Source of the DNA: Candidatus Dojkabacteria bacterium
GTDB lineage: Bacteria > Patescibacteriota > Dojkabacteria > B142 > JAFGFJ01
Direction of reading: 5' to 3'
Assembly: GCA_016931155.1 (NCBI GenBank)
Contig: JAFGFJ010000006.1
Location: 141,115-205,114 of the forward strand
Length of the DNA stretch: 64,000 nt
How positions within the stretch are numbered: position 1 is the first letter of the stretch; each line of letters starts with the position of its first letter. Under the pieces are notes generated by a model that saw nothing but the letters and a program-made list of their open reading frames with translations, had not been told where the DNA came from and did not search any database. The position numbers and the translations under genes are program-made. Positions 19,333-27,591 of the stretch are shown here, one piece after another.

Positions 19333-20580
19333 ATGCTAAAGATTATCTATTTGCATTTGCATAAAACCAATACCCTTTTTCTGAACATCTTATTAGTGTT
19401 TGGGGTAATTTTTTGTTTTACACCAAAGGTGAATGCAGAAGTTTCCGTTGTTTCAAGGGCTGAGAGTAAAATTGATGAAAACCTGACAAAGGAAGATGCA
19501 AACTTTGCCTCTCCGAAAAGTATTCTGCTCGTTCCTTTATTCAGACCGGAAGGAGTAAATGAAAATGATAGTAAGTGGTTTAGATCTCTGTACTATTTTT
19601 ACACTGCGAGGCTTGGTTTTCCTGATATCCCATTTCACTTTGTGGTTGGAGGAAATGGTGATATTTATGAGGGGAATAAGGGTGGAGAGGAGCAAAGTAT
19701 TCTTATTAATGGAGAGGAGCCTGGCTCAATCGTTATCGCTTATCTCGTAAAAGAAGGTGAAAATGGATTTTCTATTAGAGCATATGATTCCATCCGGGAA
19801 ATTTTGCTTGACGTTGCAAATAGAAACGCTATTAAACCAGAAAAGATTAAAATTACTGGAGCAGAAGTTGTTGTTAACCTCAAAAACAAAACAGTTTTTA
19901 TTAGATCGAAAGCTCTTGTTGGGGGAGGATGGAGTAATGGAATGAAAGAGGCTCTTGATTTTGTCGATAAAAACTATAAACCTGTTCCAAAGCTATATTC
20001 CATCAAAATTGTCGAGGCAAAACCTCCTGATGCACCGGTAAATTACCGTGAAACAGGACTTATGACTTTAAAAATAAAAAATACGGGAAAGAATAGTATT
20101 TATCAAGGTGGAGATAGCGAAATAATTGGTCTAAAAAAAGACGGAGAGGATAGTAGATTTTTTGTAAATGGTGTCTGGGCAAGTCCTTCTCAACCGACAA
20201 TAATGAGTGAGGGCAACGTTATCCGCCCTGGTGAAGAAAAAACGTTTATATTTAAGTTGCATGTTCCATTGTATTTTGGAGAGCAACGAGAGTCGTTCAG
20301 CCTGGTAAATAGAAATGGACAAAATTTTGATGGAACGGATTTTGATATTGTTTTGAATGTAAATACCCCAACTGAAAAAGTTGTTGAAATACTTTCCACT
20401 GATACTGGATATCTCAATGTGCGTGAAATAGCCAGTGGAGCAGCAAATGTTATTACAAAGGTTAATCCCGGGCAAAGGTATTTCTTCTTGGAGGATAGCA
20501 ATACCGGGTGGTACAAAATAGATATAGAGGGAGGAAAGAGCGGTTGGGTAGCAAAACAGCATGTTAAGTTTGTGAATTAA
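19333..20580 (+). CDS. Secreted PGRP/Amidase_2-like domain (degenerate) plus Ig-like plus SH3 protein
   Basis: Signal ending VNA; DIPFHFVVGGNGDIYEG; Ig-like LKIKNTG...IRPGEEKTF; SH3b-like YLNVR...GWYKI...GWV. Confidence 0.7.
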   Translation: MLKIIYLHLHKTNTLFLNILLVFGVIFCFTPKVNAEVSVVSRAESKIDENLTKEDANFASPKSILLVPLFRPEGVNENDSKWFRSLYYFYTARLGFPDIPFHFVVGGNGDIYEGNKGGEEQSILINGEEPGSIVIAYLVKEGENGFSIRAYDSIREILLDVANRNAIKPEKIKITGAEVVVNLKNKTVFIRSKALVGGGWSNGMKEALDFVDKNYKPVPKLYSIKIVEAKPPDAPVNYRETGLMTLKIKNTGKNSIYQGGDSEIIGLKKDGEDSRFFVNGVWASPSQPTIMSEGNVIRPGEEKTFIFKLHVPLYFGEQRESFSLVNRNGQNFDGTDFDIVLNVNTPTEKVVEILSTDTGYLNVREIASGAANVITKVNPGQRYFFLEDSNTGWYKIDIEGGKSGWVAKQHVKFVN

Positions 20581-20676
20581 TTACAGTTTGAAGTGTGAGG
20601 GTAAGGAGTGCAATATTTTTAATATTTTTTTAATAACTTTGATTTAGAATTTTATATTATTTTTTATTTAGTCCCT

Positions 20677-21708
20677 ATGGTAAAAACTGACGAAAAGAAG
20701 AATACAAAAGAAAGTAGCATTTCTGAAGGTAAAAAAAAGGCGATTGATATAGCAGTGAGTCAAATTGAGAAGCAGTTTGGACAGGGGTCGATTATGAAGA
20801 TGGGAGCCGGGGTGCAAAAAGACATTGACGTCATTCCGACAGGAGCGCTTTCCCTGGATATTGCTTTAGGAGTAGGGGGAGTACCAAAAGGCAGGATTAT
20901 TGAGATTTATGGTCCGGAGTCTTCGGGCAAAACAACGTTGGCACATCATATTGTCGCTGAGGTACAGGCAAAAGGAGGTGTTGCTGCTTTTATAGACGCT
21001 GAACATGCTCTTGATCCGGCTTATGCGAAAAATATCGGAGTTGATCTTGAAAATCTCTATATATCGCAGCCTGATTATGGAGAACAGGCGTTAGAAATAC
21101 TTGAGACCTTAGTGAGGTCAGGAGCGGTGGATGTAGTTGTTGTTGATTCTGTCGCCGCACTTACTCCAAGGGCTGAAATTGAAGGTGATATGGGAGATTC
21201 ACATATGGGACTCCAGGCACGTCTTATGAGCCAGGCACTCAGGAAAATCACAGCAATTACAAGTAAGACAGGTTCAACCGTTGTTTTTCTTAATCAGATA
21301 AGAATGAAAATAGGAATAATGTTTGGAAATCCTGAAACAACAACTGGGGGTAATGCATTGAAGTTCTATTCTTCTGTAAGAATGGAAATAAGAAGAAAAG
21401 AAAAGCTAACGGAGGGAGATGAAGTAATTGGCAATACAGTTAATGTGAAAGTTGTTAAGAACAAAGTTGCTCCTCCTTTTCGGGAAGCAAGCTTTGACAT
21501 AATTTTTTCGAAAGGAATAGATAAATACAGTAGTCTTCTAGATGCTGCCGTGCAATTTGAGATTATTGAAAGATCGGGGGCATGGTTTAAGTATGGAGAA
21601 AAACAGCTTGCACAGGGAAAAGATGCCACAAAAGAAGCACTTAGAGCAGATAAGAAGTTAGCAAAGGAGATTTTTGATAAGGTCAGGGAGGCAGCAGGGA
21701 TAAAGTAA
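20677..21708 (+). CDS. recA: Recombinase A
   Basis: [48 protein letters not shown]. Confidence 0.99.
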   Translation: MVKTDEKKNTKESSISEGKKKAIDIAVSQIEKQFGQGSIMKMGAGVQKDIDVIPTGALSLDIALGVGGVPKGRIIEIYGPESSGKTTLAHHIVAEVQAKGGVAAFIDAEHALDPAYAKNIGVDLENLYISQPDYGEQALEILETLVRSGAVDVVVVDSVAALTPRAEIEGDMGDSHMGLQARLMSQALRKITAITSKTGSTVVFLNQIRMKIGIMFGNPETTTGGNALKFYSSVRMEIRRKEKLTEGDEVIGNTVNVKVVKNKVAPPFREASFDIIFSKGIDKYSSLLDAAVQFEIIERSGAWFKYGEKQLAQGKDATKEALRADKKLAKEIFDKVREAAGIK

Positions 21709-21720
21709 AAGGACAAATAG

Positions 21721-21749
21721 TTGAAAAACTTTGTACTTTCTGGTACAAA
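21721..21749 (+). promoter_or_regulatory. Promoter with overlapping palindromic operator
   Basis: TTGAAA-N17-TACAAA with TG extension; perfect inverted repeat TTTGTAC-N6-GTACAAA at 21730-21749. Confidence 0.55.
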
Positions 21750-21788
21750 TTAGCACTGCCGTTCTTTCTACTTTATCAGTCTTTAGCC

Positions 21789-22385
21789 ATGTTTAATGAA
21801 AAGGATATTGTTAAGCACTTGCTGGTCTCGAAAGTAAGGATAAAGGCTCTAAAATATTTTCTATTTCACCCTGATGTTCCTATTCATTTAAGAGGAGCTG
21901 TGAGGGAACTGGGTGAGGAGATCAATGCAGTTAGAAGAGAACTGACAAGGCTCGAAAAAATAAAATTTCTCGATACTGAAAGGCGGGGCAACAGAAAGTA
22001 TTTTTTTACGAACAAGAAGTTCAGTTTTTTTTCCGAATTTTTATCAATTTTTCACAAAACCTATGGGCTTGGTGGTGAAATAATCAGAAATACGGGAAAG
22101 CTTGGTGATGTGCAATTTGCTCTCCTTACAAGTTCGTTCACAAAGGGAATGAGGGTGGGGTCACATGATATTGATCTCGTTCTTGTCGGTCAGGTGAATG
22201 TTGATGCTCTGTCTTCGATCGTTGAGAGGATGGAAAAGCAATTAAGAAAAGAAATAAATTATACTGTTCTAAAAAATAGTGAGTTTCAGTTAAGGAAGAA
22301 AAGAAGAGATGCCTTTATTGTGGATTTGATTGTTGGAAGTAAGATAATGCTTATTGGAGATGATGAGGAATTTATTGCAGCATAG
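21789..22385 (+). CDS. Winged-helix DNA-binding domain fused to a minimal nucleotidyltransferase-like domain
   Basis: HLRGAVRELGEEINAVRRELTRLE...RRGNRKYF (wHTH); C-terminal SSF...DIDLVLVG and EINYTV. Confidence 0.8.
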   Translation: MFNEKDIVKHLLVSKVRIKALKYFLFHPDVPIHLRGAVRELGEEINAVRRELTRLEKIKFLDTERRGNRKYFFTNKKFSFFSEFLSIFHKTYGLGGEIIRNTGKLGDVQFALLTSSFTKGMRVGSHDIDLVLVGQVNVDALSSIVERMEKQLRKEINYTVLKNSEFQLRKKRRDAFIVDLIVGSKIMLIGDDEEFIAA

Positions 22386-22387
22386 AT

Positions 22388-22750
22388 ATGGAAACAGGTT
22401 TTGATCCCAATACTAAACAAGCAAGGGTTTGTACTCAGAGAAGATTTTACAGTGATGGGAAAAATATTCATGGAGAATCAGGGTGTGGAAGATGTGGAGC
22501 TTGTTGTGTGGCTCTAGGTGTCCCCTCAATAGGGAAAAAAGCAGGAGACAAATGTGTGCATATGACTATTGAAGAAGGTCTTGCCAGTTGTGCTCTTCAT
22601 GAAGCGGACAAACCTCCTGAATGTAAAGAGTGGGGTTGTTATGGGGAAGGCCTGCCAAACGCCCTCCAGAGAGATGATTTCCTGGATATTGCTATTAAGA
22701 TTGGAACAAGGACGGAGGAGGATATTCAAGGATTGATTTCTTCTTTTTAA
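22388..22750 (+). CDS. YkgJ/CxxCxxCC family Zn/Fe-chelating protein
   Basis: CGRCGACC, CVHM, CALHEADKPPECKEWGC. Confidence 0.8.
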   Translation: METGFDPNTKQARVCTQRRFYSDGKNIHGESGCGRCGACCVALGVPSIGKKAGDKCVHMTIEEGLASCALHEADKPPECKEWGCYGEGLPNALQRDDFLDIAIKIGTRTEEDIQGLISSF

Positions 22751-22874
22751 GAGTATTTACTTGACTGGATTTTGTAGTTTAGTTCTTCTTTCTCCAGGCT
22801 GGGAATTATGTTTATTCTATAGATATCCCTCTTGCTCCACAATTCCTATATAATATTTTCTATATTGATTGATA

Positions 22875-23696
22875 ATGAAGAATCAGTTATTTCCTCTTCA
22901 CCAAAAAGGAAAAAGGTTTAAGGTGTGGATAGAGCAGGCGAAGTTTGATCTTCAGGCCGCGAGGATTAGTTATGAGAATGGTTTTTATGAGTGGACAACT
23001 TTCCAGTCAGTTCAGGCGGTAGAAAAAGCACTGAAGTCGGTGATTGTTTATTCCGGATGGAGACCACCCAAACTCCACAGACTCTCTGTACTTATTGGTT
23101 TGGCAAACCAGGTTAACCCGGAATTTGAAAGGATAAAATTTTTATTTAATGATCTGGAATCGTTTACCTTTATTTCCCGATATCCGTTTGCTCTTCCGGG
23201 GAACTATGCTACTCCTCACGATAGTATTTCAAAAGGCGATGCCGACAAAGCCTACAACCAGGCTGTTGATATAGTTGGGAAGATAGGATCACTTCTTGAG
23301 GTGAGTGTAGTTCCTGAACATTCATTTGAAATTGTTGAGCAATCTCTAACTCTGGAAGAGATTGATGAAAGGATCAGACAGATTGTTGGAGTGATCAAAA
23401 GGGAATTTGATCCTGATAAGATTGTTTTGTTTGGCTCATTTGCTGAAAAGAATAAGAAGAATTCAAGACCATTCAATACTATGGATATTATGGTGATTGC
23501 GAAAACGGACTTGCCTTTTTTTGAGAGAATAAAAAAGGTTAGAGAAGTGACAAAGGGAGGAATACCGACCATTGAGCCTCTGGTTTATACACCTGAGGAA
23601 TTTCAATCATTGAAAGATGAAGAAGGAGAAGGTCTTTTGGAAGAAGCTATTGAGAAGGGAAGGGTTCTATACGAAAGACACAACAATGAATTCTAA
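22875..23696 (+). CDS. Fused HEPN domain plus minimal nucleotidyltransferase (MNT) domain
   Basis: HEPN: WIEQAKFDL, QAVEKALKS, KLHRL, SRYP. MNT: PDKIVLFGSFA...DIMVIA...EPLVYTPEEF...EAIEKGRVLYE. Confidence 0.88.
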   Translation: MKNQLFPLHQKGKRFKVWIEQAKFDLQAARISYENGFYEWTTFQSVQAVEKALKSVIVYSGWRPPKLHRLSVLIGLANQVNPEFERIKFLFNDLESFTFISRYPFALPGNYATPHDSISKGDADKAYNQAVDIVGKIGSLLEVSVVPEHSFEIVEQSLTLEEIDERIRQIVGVIKREFDPDKIVLFGSFAEKNKKNSRPFNTMDIMVIAKTDLPFFERIKKVREVTKGGIPTIEPLVYTPEEFQSLKDEEGEGLLEEAIEKGRVLYERHNNEF

Positions 23697-24051
23697 TCCT
23701 AGAGCCAAAAAGATATTGTGCTAAGGAGATTCCAATACTTGGGGCTATATCCTTGGGACGACCAAACGTTATGACGTTAAAACAAGATGGACAGGAATAT
23801 TAATTATTTGTCCTACTATTGCTGATGAGAGAGTAGAAGGTATAAAAGAAAAATACCGAGGAGCAGAAGAAAAATCCAGGAAACTAGGTCATCTGTACAA
23901 AGAAATAGCTGATAAACATGGTCTTCCTTTTATCGATCTGGGTAGGCATGTTCTCCCAAGTAAAAAAGATGGTTATCATTTTGACAAAGATACGCATAAG
24001 AAAGTAGCAGAAATATTATTTGGAGTCATTCGGGATTTTTACTCTAAATAA
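23686..24051 (+). pseudogene. SGNH/GDSL hydrolase (arylesterase-like) pseudogene
   Basis: Translates KKILC*GDSNTWG...RWTGIL/IICP...DGYH: in-frame TAA at 23722 and the central part of the fold is missing. Confidence 0.85.
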
Positions 24052-24114
24052 AGGCATTGTCCTGAAGCGAAACTTCAAGTTGAAAACTTGGTTAAGCGAA
24101 AGGACAATGCCTTT
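24050..24114. terminator. Probable bidirectional terminator with a branched loop
   Basis: 14-bp perfect stem AAAGGCATTGTCCT/AGGACAATGCCTTT between convergent genes, T-rich on both exits, with two small internal hairpins. Confidence 0.6.
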
Positions 24115-24118
24115 TATC

Positions 24119-25660
24119 TTATTTGGCTTCCTCCTCTATCCTGAATTCTCTTATTGCTGTGATTTTTACAATTCCAGGATAATTTTGAGTTTCTTCAATT
24201 TCTTTTGCTATTTTATGTGCCAGAATCTTTGCTTCTTCGTCATCTGCTACTTTTGGATCAATTAAAACTCTAACTTCACGACCGGCATGTATTGCATATG
24301 CTTCCTTAACTTCTTTGTATTGTTTTGCAATATCTTCCAGTGCCTTAATTCTCTTTATGTAATCTTCGTAATTATCAACTCTTGCACCCGGTCTTGCCCC
24401 TGAGATTGCATCAGCTATTGCAACCAGATGTGCTTCGGTACTTTTTGCCTCGATGTCCCCATGGTGAGCCTCTGCTGCGTTTGCCAGTTTCTCATCTTTA
24501 AAATATTTTCTAATAATGTTACCTGAAATATGGTGATGGGGTTTTCCTTCAATTTCGTGAGTTAAAACTTTTCCTATGTCGTGGAGTAAACAGGCTTTTT
24601 TTGTAAGTTGAACGTCGGCTCCGATCTCTGCAGCAAGTTGTGCTCCTATGTTGACCATTTCAATAGTATGTTTTATAAGGTTTTGCCCGTAGCTGAACCT
24701 GTACTTGAATCTTCCAAGAAGCTTTACAACTTCGAGAGGAAGATCGTTGAATCCGGTTTCATAGGCGATGTATTCTCCGGTTTTTCTAATTTCTTTGACG
24801 ACTTCTTCCTTTGCCTTTTTAATACTTTCCTCGATGGTTCCCGGGTGAATCCTTCCATCTTTTAAGAGTCCTTTTAAAGCTATCGCTGCAACCTCTCTTC
24901 TGATAGGGTCGAATGAGGAAACAGATATTTGGCCAGGAGCTTCATCAACGATAATATCTACCCCTGTCAGCCTTTCAAATGTTCTAATATTCCTTCCTTC
25001 TTTCCCGATAATTTTTCCTTTCTGATCCTCGTTTACTTCAACAGATGTGGTAGTTGTTTCTGCCACATAGTCCGTGGCACTTTTCTGCATTGAATCCACC
25101 AAAATTTCCTTTGCCCTTTCTTCAGCTTCGCTTTCTATTTTATATTCAGCTTCTTTAATTTTCTTTGCAATGTACTCTTTCATATCTTCTTCCAGCTTTT
25201 TTTCCAGCTGTTCTTTTGCTTTTGCCTTGGTAAGCCCTGCTATCTGCTGGAGTTCAGTTTCCGTTTTGTCTCTTAATTTCTTAACATCAATTTTTGCCTG
25301 TTCAATTGCCTTTTCTTTTCTTCCAATTTCGTCAAATCTGTGGTCTATTGAATTTGCTCTTTCTATTATCTTTTTCTCCCTTATGTCCAGTCTTTTTTCA
25401 TTTTCCTCTAAATCCCTGTAAAGACTTTTCACTTTTTCATCTGTTTTTGACTTTACGTCAAGGGCTTCTCTCTGTGCTTCAAGAATAATCTCTTTAGCTC
25501 TTACACTTGCTTTTTCGAGAGCCTCATCTTCAGGAATAATTTTGTTCTCTCTATCTTTAAGTTTTCCAGCAAGATCCTTTCTTAGAAGAAACCCAACGAC
25601 TGAACCTCCAATTCCTACAGTAGAAATGATCGACAAGACAACGATAATTAACGTCTCCAT
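24119..25660 (-). CDS. rny: Ribonuclease Y
   Basis: N-terminal TM, coiled coil, KH (KGKIIGKEGRNIR), RFSYGQN, HD motif LLHDIGK, ADAISGARPGAR. Confidence 0.98.
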   Translation of the reverse strand: METLIIVVLSIISTVGIGGSVVGFLLRKDLAGKLKDRENKIIPEDEALEKASVRAKEIILEAQREALDVKSKTDEKVKSLYRDLEENEKRLDIREKKIIERANSIDHRFDEIGRKEKAIEQAKIDVKKLRDKTETELQQIAGLTKAKAKEQLEKKLEEDMKEYIAKKIKEAEYKIESEAEERAKEILVDSMQKSATDYVAETTTTSVEVNEDQKGKIIGKEGRNIRTFERLTGVDIIVDEAPGQISVSSFDPIRREVAAIALKGLLKDGRIHPGTIEESIKKAKEEVVKEIRKTGEYIAYETGFNDLPLEVVKLLGRFKYRFSYGQNLIKHTIEMVNIGAQLAAEIGADVQLTKKACLLHDIGKVLTHEIEGKPHHHISGNIIRKYFKDEKLANAAEAHHGDIEAKSTEAHLVAIADAISGARPGARVDNYEDYIKRIKALEDIAKQYKEVKEAYAIHAGREVRVLIDPKVADDEEAKILAHKIAKEIEETQNYPGIVKITAIREFRIEEEAK

Positions 25661-25699
25661 AATCGTAAATTAAATTTAAGATATATCAGCATAGCTGAA

Positions 25700-25915
25700 G
25701 CAAGGGATGAACCTGGTGAAGAACAAAGGGTATGAAACCCGAATCTCAAGTCTGTTGAAGTATTCAGTCAGTGCTAAATTCCTCTTTTATCAACAGTGTT
25801 CCTGAACGATAAGTGTGCAATTGCCTATGTATCAAGGTTTTCAAAATTATGAGATTGTGATTTTTGCCTTTGGACTTCAAAAATAAATACATCAAAAGTA
25901 AAATTCATTTCTTGC
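25700..25915 (-). ncRNA. Candidate structured RNA upstream of rny (6S-like RNA or rny leader)
   Basis: End-to-end pairing over about 215 nt with several stacked helices and a branched apex; starts just downstream of a consensus promoter. Confidence 0.5.
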
Positions 25916-25920
25916 ACCTA

Positions 25921-25949
25921 ATAATAAATTCTCATCCTCTTATAGTCAA
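25921..25949 (-). promoter_or_regulatory. sigma70 promoter TTGACT-N17-TATTAT
   Basis: Minus strand -35 at 25949-25944 and -10 at 25926-25921, exact 17-nt spacer. Confidence 0.7.
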
Positions 25950-25994
25950 GGATTTATCTGGAATTTATCTAGAAATACAGTCTTTCTCCGATAT

Positions 25995-27371
25995 TTATTC
26001 AAAAATATCGCTAAAAAATTTAAAAACTCTGTCTGTAAATGAAGGTTTATAGCTCAAATAAGGGTCTATTTTACCAGAAAGACTTGATTGATCGTCATTT
26101 CGCAAACTTTTCGGTTTCTTTGCTTCAGCTTGTCGCATTTTATTGTTAATGTCCGAAAGAGCTTGATTCTTCTGGGCAAGAAGAGTATTGAGAGATTTAA
26201 TAATCCCTTCCTGATCTTTCGCTTTAGTATCAATCTCCATAAATTTTGAACTGAGTTCTTCATATTTCTTCTTTGTCTCTATTACCTCTTTTCGAGCTTT
26301 TACCAGATCCATATGTTCCTGAGAATCTACCATTCTCTTGATGAGTTGATCCTCTGTTATTCCAATATTAAGGAAATAATTCAGGTCATTTTGATTTGGC
26401 TCTCTTCCGAGTACCTTCATGTAAGTTTCTTCGATTGTTTTTTTCCTACTATCACGTGACTGTGTAATATTTGATCCTCCATATGTACTTTCCCCGTTGC
26501 CTCCAGTTTCATTGAATAAGCCAGCCCCTCCGACAGGGCGGTCAAATCCTCTTGATAGTCCGCCGATGGATCCACCTGTCAGTGGAGAAGGGTAAGTTAC
26601 TGGCGGAATACTACTTGGCTGGAAAGAGGGCCTAGGAGGGAGGTTTGGTTGTTGTGTCTGTGCAGGTGGAGGACTGGTTCTCTGGTTAAGTAGAATATGC
26701 TCATTTGCAGCCTGTGATACCTTGTCTTTTTTGTTATCTGTCTGGTTATCTGGAGTAACTTTTGAAGTTTGATTGATTTTTTGTGCCGGGATTTCCCCGG
26801 TATTTTTCATTTCTCTAAACTCAATATTTAAGTATTTTAATATGCCTTTCGCAATACCCTTTCCCAGGAGATCAATTTTCTTATCGTCCTTCAAAAATAC
26901 CCTGTCTTCTTCGTTATCAATATAAAGACATTCCAGTAAAACGCTTACTGGATTACAGTTGTGTACAAAGGCAAGTGTGCCCAGTTCATGATGATATTCA
27001 CTACTTACTCCCTGATTTTGAAGTCCAGTTAACCTGGATGATTCTTCAAGTATTTTTTTTGCTAGATCTTCAGATTTGTTTCCCCCTTCCTCCTTGAACC
27101 AACCTTCTATACCACTTTTCCCACCATCATTTATATGTATTTCTATTGCTATGTCATTGAGCGTCTCTCTGTACCCGGTTGAATTGATCCATTCAATTCT
27201 TCTTGCAAGGTCAAGTTCAGGTGGAACCGATAGAGTAATAAGGCCGTGAGATCTCAGATACGGGATAATAGCATTAGCAATTTTTCTTGTTAGTTCATAC
27301 TCCTTTAGATTGCCAGAAACTGCTCCGGGATCAACAGAAGTATGTCCTGCTGAAATAATAACTCTTGCCAT
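25995..27371 (-). CDS. N-acetylmuramoyl-L-alanine amidase (Amidase_3) plus Pro-rich linker, DUF4214-like motif and coiled coil
   Basis: ISAGH...DPGA...KE, IEIHIND, VLLECLYIDN; YMKVLGREP motif; heptad-rich C-terminus. Confidence 0.85.
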   Translation of the reverse strand: MARVIISAGHTSVDPGAVSGNLKEYELTRKIANAIIPYLRSHGLITLSVPPELDLARRIEWINSTGYRETLNDIAIEIHINDGGKSGIEGWFKEEGGNKSEDLAKKILEESSRLTGLQNQGVSSEYHHELGTLAFVHNCNPVSVLLECLYIDNEEDRVFLKDDKKIDLLGKGIAKGILKYLNIEFREMKNTGEIPAQKINQTSKVTPDNQTDNKKDKVSQAANEHILLNQRTSPPPAQTQQPNLPPRPSFQPSSIPPVTYPSPLTGGSIGGLSRGFDRPVGGAGLFNETGGNGESTYGGSNITQSRDSRKKTIEETYMKVLGREPNQNDLNYFLNIGITEDQLIKRMVDSQEHMDLVKARKEVIETKKKYEELSSKFMEIDTKAKDQEGIIKSLNTLLAQKNQALSDINNKMRQAEAKKPKSLRNDDQSSLSGKIDPYLSYKPSFTDRVFKFFSDIFE

Positions 27372-27591
27372 AATTTGTTTAAAATACTACAGGGTATTTT
27401 ATCACAAATAATGAGCTTTTTGCTAGTTGTTGTTGCTTTTGACTTTGTCCAACCCATAACAATAAAATTGTAGTATAATAAGGCAACCGCATAAGATAGT
27501 ATCTAGTTGTGAGTAGGGGAGAAATCCCAAAAAACTATCAAAATTTAAATCCTCCCTGATCTTTACAAAATTTTTGTTAACAAAGAACCAT

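Noticed and set aside
23722-23724. Stop-codon recoding suggested by the in-frame stop in the SGNH gene
   Set aside because: TAA ends many intact genes here and the same gene also has a large deletion. TGA is likewise used as a stop, so there is no sign of code 25.
26449-26464. parS-like TCACGTGA core near parAB
   Set aside because: The flanks do not match TGTTTCACGTGAAACA and it lies within a coding region.
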